Source: Monocercomonoides exilis PA203 (Eukaryota > Protista > Preaxostyla). Taken from it: 64,000 nucleotides of DNA. Location: positions 496,001 through 560,000 of the forward strand of contig LSRY02000053.1 in NCBI GenBank assembly GCA_001643675.2, given 5' to 3'. Positions 11,638 to 23,907 of this stretch are shown piece after piece; position 1 is the first letter of the stretch; every line of letters begins with the position of its first letter. The notes beneath the pieces are model-generated. The model saw only the letters and a list, made by a program, of their open reading frames with translations. It searched no databases and had not been told where the DNA came from. The position numbers were made by a program, and so were the translations under genes.

Positions 11638-12243
11638 ACCCACCGCGTATTCTCTCCCACCCTGTGAAGAAAGTCTTTACAAGCTCCAGATGCAATCCCA
11701 ACCCAAAACCCATTTTGAAACCCATTTCACCTTTTTCTCTTCAAGCGCAATTTGTATTCTCACGCGCATTTTCCTCACTTCACTTTTTTAAATCAGATTC
11801 GCTTGGATGACTGACCCTTAAGTGATACTCTCAGATCGAAGAGAAGAAAGTGAATGTCAAATTTTCTTTTTCAAATAAAAGAATTTTGATGATTCTGCCA
11901 AGATATGGCTTTATTTTGGAAAAGTCAATAAATAAATAAATAAATAAATAAAAATATTAATAAATTCTATAAATAATTGCCAAACATTTTATCAGAATAA
12001 AATAAGAATGGAAAACCTCAAACTTCAATAAAAAATTAAAATAGTGATTGGAATAACAGTGAGCAAGCAAATCTTAAAAATTGTCAAGTCAAAGAAAAAA
12101 TGAAGGAAGGAAGGAAAAGAAAGATAGAGAAAGAAAGAGAAAAGAAAAAGAAAGAAATGCAGAACTTAGAATGATTTGATGAATATACAAATTAGTGAAT
12201 AAGCATTCAACTTTCTGTATCAACAGAATGGCATCTTCATTTG

Positions 12244-14658
12244 CTATTTTGACTTTTCGTTTTCTTCTTTCAATGAGCATTCTTTGAACTCTTCTAAATA
12301 CCCTTTGCACTCGAACACTTCATCCAAAATGAGGAATATTTCGTCAACGGCATCTGAAACAAGCCTCGGATCATATTTGTCATTAACTTTCAGATCAATT
12401 TTATTTCTATATTTTTCTGCAATCTCAATGCTCTCCATTGCATCAATAAACTTTGCAATAATCTTAAAATTCTCATTTGGCTGCAACACGTAAGATAAAT
12501 CCAGTTCCTTCTTTTCCATTTTTGATTCGCTCAAAGACTTTGAAGATTCTTCCATTGCTTGTCTGCTCTCAGATGCACTTAAATCTGATGCCGTTGCAGA
12601 TGAAGATGGAGTTGTTGAAGAAGAAGCTTCATTGTCAAAATTTGTTTCTTCTGCCTTTTCTCTTTTCGCTTCATTGATATATGACTCTGGAATAAATATT
12701 CTTGCAAAGTTGTACAACTTCTTCATCAGATCCACATTTTCCTCCCATTTCTTGTCGCTTTCCTCGCAAAATGAAGAATAAGTTCTCAACTTTGATGATT
12801 TGTTTTTCCAATTTTCTTCAATGTTTTTCAACTTTTCAATCATTTTCTCCTTTTCATTTTTTTCTTTTTCCTTCTCTTGCTTTTCATCATCTATTTTTTG
12901 GTTTTTTTTTATTTTGTCAAATAGATCTTCCAAATGAGAGTGCATCGTATCTTCATGATCCATTTTTAGTTTTATTTTTTGATCAATGTTGATTTGATAT
13001 TCCTTAATCTTCTGAGCATTTGATGGAACATCTCTCATTGGTGCAGATAGTTCAATTTTTCCTTCGCATACACTTGTGTCATTATCGCAGAAGGTAGCTA
13101 AACCAAATGTGAAAATTTTACAAGCGTCATTTATTATCTCATAACCAGCACTTGGTGCTCTAAATAGACCTTGCAACTTTCCATCTTTGATGCACAGCTT
13201 TTCATTCTCATCGTTGAATGTGTAATATCCAAGATTGGGTTTGTATGTTGTGTTCGGAACATTGATTTTCTTGTAAATTCTGTGCACATTTGACGAGAAA
13301 TGACTGTGCTCGTAAAATTTAATTGTTTCGTATATAACTGGTTCATCTTTGTCAAGCACTTTAATGTCATTTTGATATTTTTTTATTTCTTCATAACATT
13401 TTTCGATAATAGCTTTTTCATTTTTAATCTTTGTCTCTAATGAGTCAATTGAAATGATATTCAGTTTCTCCAAAGTTTTTTCAATTTTGTGCAAATCTGT
13501 GGAAGTATCCGAATATGATTTGTGTGCCTCTTGAGCAAGTCCTTCGCAAGCATCTGCAATGTCGTTCAAAATATTTGGAATTCGTTGTCTTCCTCTCATT
13601 GCTAATGCCAGCCAATAATACTTATTTGCCATTGCTGTGATTGAATCTATAAATATATCATAATACTTTGAGTTAAATTCAACATTCACATCGCAAGGAT
13701 CCCTGTAATTATTCAAATCCTCAATCTTTTCAATAATTCGTTCAACAGAGCAAGCTAATGTTGGATCATAATAAAGCAGTCTGCCTTCATCAATTGCCTT
13801 GTCCCATTGATGAATGATATGCAAATCATTCAAGCCGATTCTTGCTTCTTCTGCTTCCTTTCCCGTCGCTCCTTTTTCTTTGCGCAAAAGTGTTTCAATA
13901 ATTTGTTCAAGTGTCATGCTTGATGATACCTCAGAAAAGCGTTTGACAACTTTTTCTATTGTGACTTTTTTGAGTTCTCGAACATTCTCAACCAAAAGAT
14001 CTTGAGCTTCTTTTGTTATCCTTATTGCATCGTCTTGAGTGTCTTCATTCTGATAGTTCTCTTTCATGTTTTTGAAAATTTTCTTTTGCATTATCTGGTA
14101 CTCTTTGCATTTGTTTGCGAGGAACAAAATTGGAATATCCCGAGTTCTGCATTTCTTGTTCAGTATTTCCAAATCAGCATGTGCCTTTGTCAAATTGCTG
14201 TAATTTTCAAATTCTGTGATATAAACTACCATCACTTTTTTCGCATATTTGTGATAAAACTGTAAGATCAATGTGCTGAGCACATCTTCAGCGATATCTA
14301 ATTCTTCTCCTAAGAATCCACGCGTATCAAGCAAGGTATTTTTATTGTTCAGATCGTACGCTTCGGGCAAAACAGTTTTTGCAATTGTTCCGTCTCCCAT
14401 TGCTGCTGTTTTCTCTAAATGTGTTTTTGCAACAAGTTTTCCTTTGTCGTCCTCTTTCATTTTCATACCTCTCAGTCTGTTTATTAACGTGCTTTTGCCC
14501 ACTTGACTTCTTCCAAAGAAAAATGCAAGATTTTCGTATTTTTCAAAATTGCTGCATCCATTGAAATATTCATTCAGGATTTGAAACAAATCTTTCGTTT
14601 CAAAGACATCTTTCCCATCGTGAGTTTTATCGTCTTTTGATCGATCAGTGCGAGACAT
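12244..14658 (-). CDS. Intronless 804-aa P-loop GTPase (TRAFAC-like) with long coiled-coil C-terminus
   Basis: G1 FFGRSQVGKST, G3 LLDTRGF, G4-like FLANKC; K/E-rich helical regions; clean ATG-to-stop ORF. Confidence 0.8.
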   Translation of the reverse strand: MSRTDRSKDDKTHDGKDVFETKDLFQILNEYFNGCSNFEKYENLAFFFGRSQVGKSTLINRLRGMKMKEDDKGKLVAKTHLEKTAAMGDGTIAKTVLPEAYDLNNKNTLLDTRGFLGEELDIAEDVLSTLILQFYHKYAKKVMVVYITEFENYSNLTKAHADLEILNKKCRTRDIPILFLANKCKEYQIMQKKIFKNMKENYQNEDTQDDAIRITKEAQDLLVENVRELKKVTIEKVVKRFSEVSSSMTLEQIIETLLRKEKGATGKEAEEARIGLNDLHIIHQWDKAIDEGRLLYYDPTLACSVERIIEKIEDLNNYRDPCDVNVEFNSKYYDIFIDSITAMANKYYWLALAMRGRQRIPNILNDIADACEGLAQEAHKSYSDTSTDLHKIEKTLEKLNIISIDSLETKIKNEKAIIEKCYEEIKKYQNDIKVLDKDEPVIYETIKFYEHSHFSSNVHRIYKKINVPNTTYKPNLGYYTFNDENEKLCIKDGKLQGLFRAPSAGYEIINDACKIFTFGLATFCDNDTSVCEGKIELSAPMRDVPSNAQKIKEYQINIDQKIKLKMDHEDTMHSHLEDLFDKIKKNQKIDDEKQEKEKEKNEKEKMIEKLKNIEENWKNKSSKLRTYSSFCEESDKKWEENVDLMKKLYNFARIFIPESYINEAKREKAEETNFDNEASSSTTPSSSATASDLSASESRQAMEESSKSLSESKMEKKELDLSYVLQPNENFKIIAKFIDAMESIEIAEKYRNKIDLKVNDKYDPRLVSDAVDEIFLILDEVFECKGYLEEFKECSLKEENEKSK

Positions 14659-15399
14659 CGTTCTTTGTCAGAAAACAATTATTAATCCCATTAAGTGTCC
14701 TTCAGTTATTTCTGAAAAATGGGCAAAAAATGTTTTGTCTTATCGTTAATCAATAACGTTATTCAAGAAATAAAAAATGAATATGAAAATGTGTTAATCA
14801 ACTTGATAAAAAATTTTTCCTATCAAATTCTTGATCAAACATTGTTTAATAATAAAGGAGATGCGACAATTCAGAGATATAATGGTAAAATTTTAAACTT
14901 TTAACTTGTTGGGATTGAATCAAGAAGATGACTTTTTTTGAATAATGAAGTCTGAACATTTACCAAAACGTTGATTTGTTCAAATAACAGCATGTGAAAA
15001 AGATGAATATTTATTAGTATTTGATCTGAATATTAATTGCTATTATATATGTTTGACAAAATATTGTCCTCTAAACACTTTGATTTTTTATTTTTAAATT
15101 AATACAATTGTGACAAATAAATTGAAGCGAAAATGGAAAAGCAACTGTTGAAAAGAAAAAGTAAACTGAATGTGCGTTTTTCCAACGATTATTTAATTTC
15201 ATCGTGTTTAGCTCAAACGATTATCAAAATTATTTATTGAACAAAAAATAAAAAGAAAACGTCACATTCTGAAAAAATCTATTGTTCCTAGCATTTTGTA
15301 TTTCAAAAGGTCTTTCATCAAAATACAGTAATTCATAATCATTCTTTTTCTCGTATTTCTTTTATCTCGTTCTCATATCAAGCACCATCGCAAACAGCA

Positions 15400-16568
15400 A
15401 TGAAATCCTCTTCTTCACCCTCCATTCATCCATCTTTCTCCACACACACAATTCCATCGATGGTGTCATTCTCCCCAACCTCAACAGCCCTGCCACTTCT
15501 CTTTTCCTTCAATGCCTCTTTCCTCCACCAAACAAGATCCTCATCAAATGCTGCTGTGGCTCATGTCGGATCTGAATCTCAAAGAAAAACACCTGGAAGA
15601 TTGTCTTCATTCGATGTTGACAGCCATATATTTGAATGGTGTAAATGGAATAATTCTGGAAATGATTCATCTGGTGGTGCACTTTTTGTTAATTGTGCAA
15701 ATGCAAATCTCACAATCACTTCTTGTTCATTCAGCAATTGTTCAACTGGTGATCATGGTGGAGCATTATTTTGCAGATATTTGCAAAATGTCAATTTCAC
15801 AAAATCCAATTTCACAAGTTGTTCAGCCGCTCACAAAGGAGCTGTTTATGTTGGGAATGCTCAAATAAATACTGTTTGGAAGTTCCAGAATACAGAGTTG
15901 AAAATTGTTCAATAGCAAACTGGTGTGGAACTGGTTGGTATTTCTGACTCGATAACATTCCGTCAAATTCTCAATTTCTGCTTTCCAAATGCCAATTCAT
16001 TTCAAATTCTGGTGGTGATTCTGCTGGTTCTTTAACATTTTCTTATCCTCCATAAAATAAACCAAATCAAATTTTCGTTAATGATTGCCTGTTCATCAAT
16101 AACAAATTAACATCTTCTTAGACATATGGATGTGCTGCTATTTTCTTCTATTCAACTTATTCCTGGATGAATGGAATAAAATCCATCACTTTTTGTTTCT
16201 TCGATGGCAACACCGCAACTAATGACAGGTGTAATGATGTGTTTTTCAGTGGAAGCAGCATCTTCCAATCCCCATTCGAGAATTATGGTTCAACAACTCC
16301 ATCAAATAGAGTGTGGAATAATGGACAAGCTGATAATGCTGAATATAATAGCTGGCTCCCCCTCATTGCCCAGAACAAAATCGTTTCTGACAGCGGAACT
16401 GATGCTGATATCTGTGGCAGACAAGGACGGATCCCATGTGCCACCAGCGAATATGCCCTCACTGGCTTCATTTCCCTACTCCAAGATGCCTCTCTCACCC
16501 TCCTCGGCCCCACCTTCGTTTCCTTTCAGATCCTCATCTTCAGCGCTGCTGACGCAAAAATAACATGA
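15400..16568 (+). pseudogene. Truncated member of the GGA(L/I)/FxxN beta-helix surface-protein family
   Basis: SSGGALFV, CSFSNC, HGGALFC, FCFFDGNTA, SWLP, D..CG....PC.T; broken by stops and frameshifts. Confidence 0.7.
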
Positions 16569-17963
16569 AATGATGAACTTTATTTTTTTTCATCATAATT
16601 TTTTTATTTATTAATTTTGAATATTTTCCATTTCATCGAAAATTTCTTGAGATTTCATCTTCTTTTCACCAGAAGTTTATTTCTTTCAAAAATCTTTATT
16701 ATCTGCTCAGATACTAATATTTCTTTGAAATTTCCTCATTTCATTTTTCTTCTTCATCAAATGCAAATTCTGCTGTTGCTTTTAGGAATCATCTATTTCT
16801 TCTCTTCAAAATGCATTTCTTCAATCTTATCAGAAAGCTCTTCAAAGCATTAATTTCCTCAACATTCCGATTTCAACTTGTTCGTATCCGATTAGCGCTA
16901 ATATCTCATACAATTTCTTTTCATATAAGCCTTTTCCTCTTAATTCCTTTTCTTCCTCATTTCACTTTCTGCAATTCACGTGGTTTTGATGTTGTGTAAT
17001 CTGTCGGAGACTTTTTTGGAACCCATCCATTTCATAAAAAGATTTCTCCAATTCTTTTTCTTTTTCATCTGTGTCTCCTTCATTCACTGAAAAAAGGAAT
17101 AAAAAGCATCTTCCTTTTTTTATTTCGCTTCGCCTTATCAGCTTTTCGCGTGAAATAAAGTATCTCTTCTATTATCATATAACTTCAGCTGATATTCTGT
17201 GATAAAATAAATATTTCTTTAGTATTTCTGAAAGGGAATTAATGAAGAGACCTGATACTGAATTAGATGAAACCAAATTGAAATGAAAAAAATTCTTCCA
17301 GATGGCTTTTTTTTCCATCAAAATAATGAATGAAAAATGAAATAAAGGAGTGCTTGGTGAATTGAAGTTGAAAGGAAGAATTGTTAAAAAAAAAACTTTC
17401 GGTTCAATTTAGCTTCTCTGCTGATTGAGTTGAAAAAAAGCATTTAAAGGCTGAAGTTCCAAACCAATGCAAAGTGAGTGAAAATGACATTGGAGGAGTT
17501 GAAGATGGGGTAGTTTGTGGGAAATGACCAGACGCAAAAGAAGTTGAAAAAGAAGTTGATGAAGAAGAAAACAATAAAGAAAATGGGGAAAAGGTGAAGA
17601 AGAAGAAATTATTGAGAGATGAATAATTAGTCAAATAACATTTCTGAAGAAGATGATGAAAATGAATCGTATGATATTGTCAGTTGGCAAAAATATCATG
17701 TTTAATAAGTTGACTTCGAAAGGAATATAAAGCACCAATCACAAATAATATTGGACAATTCTCATCAATTTGTTAATGAAGATAACATCATCAGTTCATT
17801 TGCAAACTTTGTGTGGTTTCATTGCCTTTCTTTTCAAAAACAAAAAATTATGATGTTTGTCTGTTGGCTCAAAAAAAAAAAAATCTGATGAAGTTAATTG
17901 CAATGACGAAGACGAAGATGAAGAAGCAGCAAAAGTTAAGGAAAATGAAGAAGAAGAAGAAGA

Positions 17964-19121
17964 AGAAGAAGAAGAAGAAGACAAAGAAGAAGAAAGAGAA
18001 GAAGAAGAAGAAGAAGAAGAGGAAGAGGAAGAAAAAGAGGAAGAAGAAGAAGAAGAAGAAGAAGTGGAAGAGGAAGAAGAAGAAGAATAAACACAATAAA
18101 TAAACAATATGGAGTTGATAAGGAAGATAATAATTTTCAAACTTTTGTGCTTGAATGATATGATTCTTCGAACTGTGTGATTAAAAGGTATCATATGTCA
18201 ACGAGATTGATGATGACGAAGATAAATCCTGATGAAAATTAATTAAATGAATTGGCTGTGCTTCAACATCGAGGAGGAAGATGGATGGAAAGGTTGGCAT
18301 TCATTCATCAATGTTCATGCAGTGGATGACAGTGCGTCTGAAATGCTTCCTTTGATATTTAAGACACAAAATTCAATGGGTCATACACTGACATAGAAGC
18401 TGAGTGAAACAACGACTTTGTTGAAAAACAAATGAAGAAAACAAAAACCATCAAATCCTCTTTCATCGGCTGCGGTGACAAATAAAACAAACTTCGAATG
18501 ATAATCACATTGCTTGCTCAAAATGGCTGTCTCTTTGAAGAATGAAATCCAGATGCAATTGGCCTGAATGTCGTTCGACTGCCAACAAATATTCGATAAT
18601 TGGATATCTCGTAGTTGGAGTTTCTCCTTTCTTTTGAAGCAAAAACGGAATCAGAAATAGTATTTCGTTACTTTCCATGTCTGCCAGGCACAGTCCGAGA
18701 AATAGGAAAACATTATTAATAAAATTGACATTTTGAGGTTCTCCTTTTTTTCATTCAATTCTTGCCTTTTTTTGTGATAAATATCCTTCCCTCGATATTG
18801 CCAGTTGCTTTTCTTTCCAAAAAATACCACAAACCACTCTCCCTGCATTAAATTCCAAAATTCTACATTGTTTTGTGCAGATTTTGTCCTTCACAGAATT
18901 CCATCCTCTTCTGTCTTCATTCAATAAAATAACAATCGAATTTGTTTTCATCTCTTGTTCCAACTAAAAATCATGTATCTTGCGTAACTTCATTTATTTT
19001 CCAATGCCTATATAATAATCAGCTCCATTCTCATCGTTATGCTGAAAAGATAAGATTGGTCATATGAGCAATAACTCATATTCCTGAACTTTGGAAAGGA
19101 TACAGACGGAAATATCTTCAC
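17964..19121 (+). repeat. ~1.16-kb inverted duplication, arm B, starting in a (GAA)n tract
   Basis: Reverse complement of 2941-4097. Confidence 0.93.
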
Positions 19122-19667
19122 TATCAATGGAACAATATAAAATACATACATAACATCTTTTTGTGTTATTGATGAAATTGTTGTGTTTCACTTGGCCATC
19201 CAATTTCAAAATTTATTTCACAAAAATTAAAAAATCAATACATCTTTATCTTTGCATGATGTCACCGTTGGAGATATTATAAATGATTCAACAGAATAGA
19301 TTCACTTATTGGTTTCTGATTTTTCATTCAGAAAAGCTTTTCCCAATAATATTTTCAGATCATAGAATCCAATGCAACAAACAGAAAAAGATCAAGTGAT
19401 TCTTTTCCATAATAACTGTGCAGAATGTCAATGTCTAGAAGAAGAGCGTTCACAGATATATTCTATGACAGTTTCAAGATTTTATTTCGCCACAATTTTC
19501 TTTAATTGACAAATGCGAATTCAATGTGAATGATAAAAATGCTGTTGTTTTTTGAATGCATTGCACTGGAGGGAAAAAAACAGAGTATGATTATCACTGC
19601 TTGCTTCAATGGTGCGCAATTGTTGCGCTTTGCATTCTTCATGATTCTATTTCTTCTTTTTTAAGAA

Positions 19668-20990
19668 TTGTTTTCCAAAATTGAGCATTGCAATGAGGAT
19701 GAACAGAAAGTGAAAATCGTTGAAATGAATGAAATGATGGAAGAGATAGGGGAAAAAGAATTTGATTCGATTATATCAAAAGAAATGTTCAATGAAATAA
19801 ACGAAGTGATTGAAGAAAAGAAAATATTTTTGAGCAATGTTCACATTCTGCTGAAATATGTTTGATATTTCATAGCATCGAAAGATATATGGAACAGTGG
19901 ATTTTATCGCTCTAAATAGTATAAACAAGTTGAAAAGATGATTATTGATGAAAATGAGATGGAAAAAGAGAGTCAAAATGAAAAGCTTCTTGTTGGACTT
20001 TGTGAATGCAATCTTTTGCTAAATTACCAGTTCGATTCGAAATTGCTTTCAATTTGTGTGCCCTGTCTTCTGAATTTTGCATTGAAGAAAGAAGAAAGCG
20101 AGGAAATGCAAAAAGAAGTGGAAATGGCTTTTCTGACTTTGAGTTGCATTGGCGAATATTTTGTCTGAACATTCCTGTTTTTATTTTTTATAAAATTGAT
20201 TTTTAATGATTTTCTTATTTCAAATTAGTTTATCGAACGAAAACTGTATCTGAACAAGCTTATGGAAGTCATCAGATATCATCAAGAGCACCAAAACCTC
20301 ACTCAACTTGCGTTTGAGTCTGCTTGGAAGTTTTTAATAACAGAATTTTTCAACGACAAAAGCCTGGAAGAAGTTTTTGCGGATGAGCTGCATTTTGCAA
20401 GGGATACAAGAAGAGAATTGGAAGAGCTGACAAGAAGTGTGGATTGGAAGAAGAAAGAAGAGGAAATGAACAAAGAAGAAGCGAATGAAGTGCTGGTAAT
20501 CAGGAGATGGGTCAAAGCATTGAAAATTTATATTGACATTTTTCAATTGAGGAATGAAGAATATGTTGGTCTTTTCAGCAAAATTGTCCAGGTTCTTCGA
20601 GCAGCAAAAGGGAATAATGAAGAAATTAGTTCCAAGTGCATTAACTCCTTGAGAAATGAGGCTAATAATCAAGCTTCGAAAGTTAAAGATTTTTTGAAAA
20701 GTGGAGCCGTTGATATTGTTTTACATGAGCTTCATCAGACAACTTTGAAAGACGCAATAGCACGTGAATGTTTTGATTTCTTTTTATTCGATTTCAAAGA
20801 AGTTGAAAGGGAATACAGATAGCTTTAATGATGAAATGAATAGAAAAAAGAGCAAAATGGAATAGTTTGAAAAGTTCGAAGAAGAATACGAAGATGTTAT
20901 CATTTGCTTTCATAAAAAATTGAATTTTCTTTGTTTGATAATTTTTTATGTTTTATCAGTGGACGTTTCTGATTATTATGTGAATATTTT
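19668..20990 (+). pseudogene. Degenerate copy of an alpha-helical (ARM-like) hypothetical protein, probable intron ~20160-20228
   Basis: Colinear ORF pieces FSKIEHCNEDEQK.., VPCLLNFALKKEESEEMQKEVEMA, YHQEHQNLTQLAFESAW with stops and shifts; resembles a multicopy oxymonad family from memory only. Confidence 0.6.
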
Positions 20991-21903
20991 AAGAAATGCA
21001 ATGCTTTTCATTCAATAACTCAAATTTTAATTCATTTATTCAATATGAAGTGCGTAAATAAGTAATTAATTATAATTTTGTTAATTATAATTTTTATTTT
21101 GATAATATGTTGAATTGCAGAGCAATGTTATTAATTTGATTAATACAAAAATGTTGGAAAAATTCATAATCACAAAAAAATTGTAAAGTCAAAATATATA
21201 GGGGAAATTTCGGACTTTCAATCTTTTTTTTTGCACGAGGCATTTAAATATTGCTTCACTCATAACTTTATTTTGCTTTCTCAGATTTCAAAATAAAATT
21301 GATTTTCATTCCCGTTAACAGGCATCATTGAAATCAAAACATTAAGTTTTCCAACATTTCACGAATATCAAAAAATGAACACATTTTTATTGTGTTTTTT
21401 GATATTAAAAAGTCAACGAGAAGTGCATTATTTTTCAACGAAAATGGTTGAAGCAAAATATATTGCACATTATGTGTTATTCTGTTTTTAAAAATCGCTA
21501 ATGCTTTATATCCGAGTATAAGTTCTATTGAACGAATTTGATCATATTTAGAAACAAATCCATTAAGCTTTATCAATTTGTGAACAAGAATATTCAAACC
21601 TATTTTATATAAAAATAAGAACATCGAGAGAAATTTTGATGTATTTGTTGTGAAAAATTCTTAAAATGATTAAAATCTTTTTTCACTATGGTATAAAACT
21701 TTTGCGTCTTTTCAAAAAGATTACCCAAATTTCTAGCAAATTCACTGTAAGTGAACAACTTTTGAAAAAAAAAGCAAATTTCTCGTTTTTCAAGAAATTT
21801 GCAGGATGCGGGTTTGGCACCAGAGTGCAAGAAAAGCACTAATGGTATTGAATAATAGTATAATATCAAATAAAAAAGAAAGAAAGAAAGAAAGAAAAAG
21901 AAA

Positions 21904-22161
21904 TGGGTTATTATTTTAGAAATCATATTTTTTCTGTCAAAAATTTCAGTTTGAAAATTTGAAAAGAATACTCATAAATGGATACTGAAAAGTGATAGAT
22001 TTTTTTAATGATGCAGCTTCAATAATTTCAAGTCAAACTTTGGCTTTTGAAACGAATGATAAACATTTTTTGTTTGAATTACAATTATTCAACAAATGAT
22101 AATGAATTTTCATAATAATAATTACACAGAAAAAAGTTATGATTTCAAAAATAATCACCCA
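21904..22161. mobile_element. MITE-like unit A (~260 bp)
   Basis: TGGGTTATTATTTTAGAAATCATA ... TATGATTTCAAAAATAATCACCCA imperfect TIRs. Confidence 0.6.
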
Positions 22162-22858
22162 AATGAAAAAAAAAAAGAAATGAAAAAAAAAACCCAATAG
22201 CTTTCATTAAAAAAAATAATTCATAACTCGATAGTTGATAATTAATTATTCATAACTGATAATGAACATGAAAAACATTGATTCATCCAAATTTTGAATT
22301 TTCGCTCATGCACCAAAAATTATTCAAATTCGAAATAACACAATTCATGAACAAAAAAAAATAATTCGATTTCGAAAATGAATATTTCAAATTCGAAACT
22401 GAAAATATTTTGATCATTTATGTGAATAATACACATTGTGTGATTCATGCACACTTTTAAATTTGTAATCATACTCCTTTTTCAATAAAATTCTTATATT
22501 TGATGATTTTTCAAAAAAAGAAACAAGCAATTATTTGCATAATTTTATTTTATTTTTCAATAAACGAAAAATGAATGATATCGACAAATTAATGAAATAA
22601 AGGAAAATTTCTTTTCATTTTCAAAAGAAAAAATTTTGAGTTTATAAAACAAAGCACTTTTTTTTCCAACAGAAATGATTCAACAGTATTCAATATAGGG
22701 TCAAACAATTTTTGAAGGGTGAATGAAATTTTTCATGTTCGACAACAAAATCATTTCCATGAGATATTAAAACAATCTTCAAAAAATCGTAAAAATTGTC
22801 TTTTTAATTCAATGCTTATTCATGAATGATTGATTGCTGTAAAATGAATTGTAACAAA

Positions 22859-23116
22859 TGGGTGATTATTTTTGAAATCATATTCTTTTGCAAGAATATT
22901 TTCGATTCTAAATTTTTCTTTTGAATTTGTGTAAATGAACACAGAAAAGTTTTAATTCACAACAAAAATATTCTTTCATGAATATAATCTTAAACATCTA
23001 ATTTTCAACAATTATTATTCTTTTTTCTTTTGATTGAATAATTCCTCAATAAAGAAATAGAACATTTGCAGAATCAACACTCCGAAAAAAATTATGATTT
23101 CTAAAGCAATCACCCA
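22859..23116. mobile_element. MITE-like unit B (~260 bp), same TIR family as A
   Basis: TGGGTGATTATTTTTGAAATCATA ... TATGATTTCTAAAGCAATCACCCA; interior weakly similar to A. Confidence 0.6.
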
Positions 23117-23277
23117 TATAATAACTTAAATCCATCATCATGAAAAAGAAAAAATACTGTCAGAAATTATTTTCGTAATTAAATTTTTTTTCTTCGAATT
23201 TGAATTATTAATTTCAAAAATAAAAGCATTTATTCCGAAGTTGAGTTATTAATTCCGAAATTGAATTTATTTTTTTT

Positions 23278-23533
23278 CGAATTGGCTGATTTTTTTTTGA
23301 AAACATCCTTTTGTTTAATTTTCAAATTCAATAAAAATTTCATATTCTCATCAAATTTCTGTTCCCAACTTATCAAACTTCACTAATTTGGAAATAACAA
23401 CATTGTGAAGGTTTTGATATCTATTGAAGTAAAGTTACGTGAGTGGGAACAGAAAATTGATGAAAATATGAAATTTTTATTGTACTTGGAAATTTAACAA
23501 AAGGAAGTTTTCAAAAATAATTTGACAATTAGA
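23278..23533. repeat. Foldback with ~75-90-bp imperfect arms upstream of TRAPPC8
   Basis: CAATAAAAATTTCATATTCTCATCAAATTTCTGTTCCCA pairs with TGGGAACAGAAAATTGATGAAAATATGAAATTTTTATTG; arms extend outward with mismatches; followed by an A-run at 23563-23596. Confidence 0.8.
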
Positions 23534-23555
23534 ATTATTTTTGGTGTAACTGATT

Positions 23556-23600
<45 letters not shown>

Positions 23601-23907
23601 TTTACTCATAAGTTTGTTAAAAATATTGAAATCACTTTCAGAAAGTGATATATATGTTATTCATTTATAACTCAGTTTTTTTTGTAACATTTAATTAATT
23701 ATCATGAGTGATTTTGAATTCTAATGTTAAAAATAAAAGATAGACAATTTTCTTCACTTCTCCCAGTGTGAGTTGAAAGGAAAAATTAACAGTATTGCAT
23801 TCATAAATGCGAACAACATGATCATTTCACTTTTTTTCCTTTGATCATTCATCCCATTTTAAAATACTTCATTTTCTGAAAGTCAATTATTGTTCCAAGG
23901 GATACTT

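Larger units (their letters stand above)
7816..11855 (+). mobile_element. DIRS-like retrotransposon, copy 2, full-length ends but coding-defective
   Basis: Perfect 49-bp ITRs 7873-7921/11808-11856; ICR 11535-11637 complementary to both termini; gag-like, RT, RNase H, methylase and YR remnants; no TSD seen. Confidence 0.93.

Noticed and set aside
7816-11855. Bacterial retron, DGR or prophage integrase locus
   Set aside because: RT-RNase H-methylase-YR order with ITRs and ICR is fully explained by a eukaryotic DIRS element.
2941-19121. Maverick/Polinton or other giant TIR transposon
   Set aside because: No TSD, and no polB, integrase, packaging ATPase or capsid recognised; the inner ends dissolve in a microsatellite.
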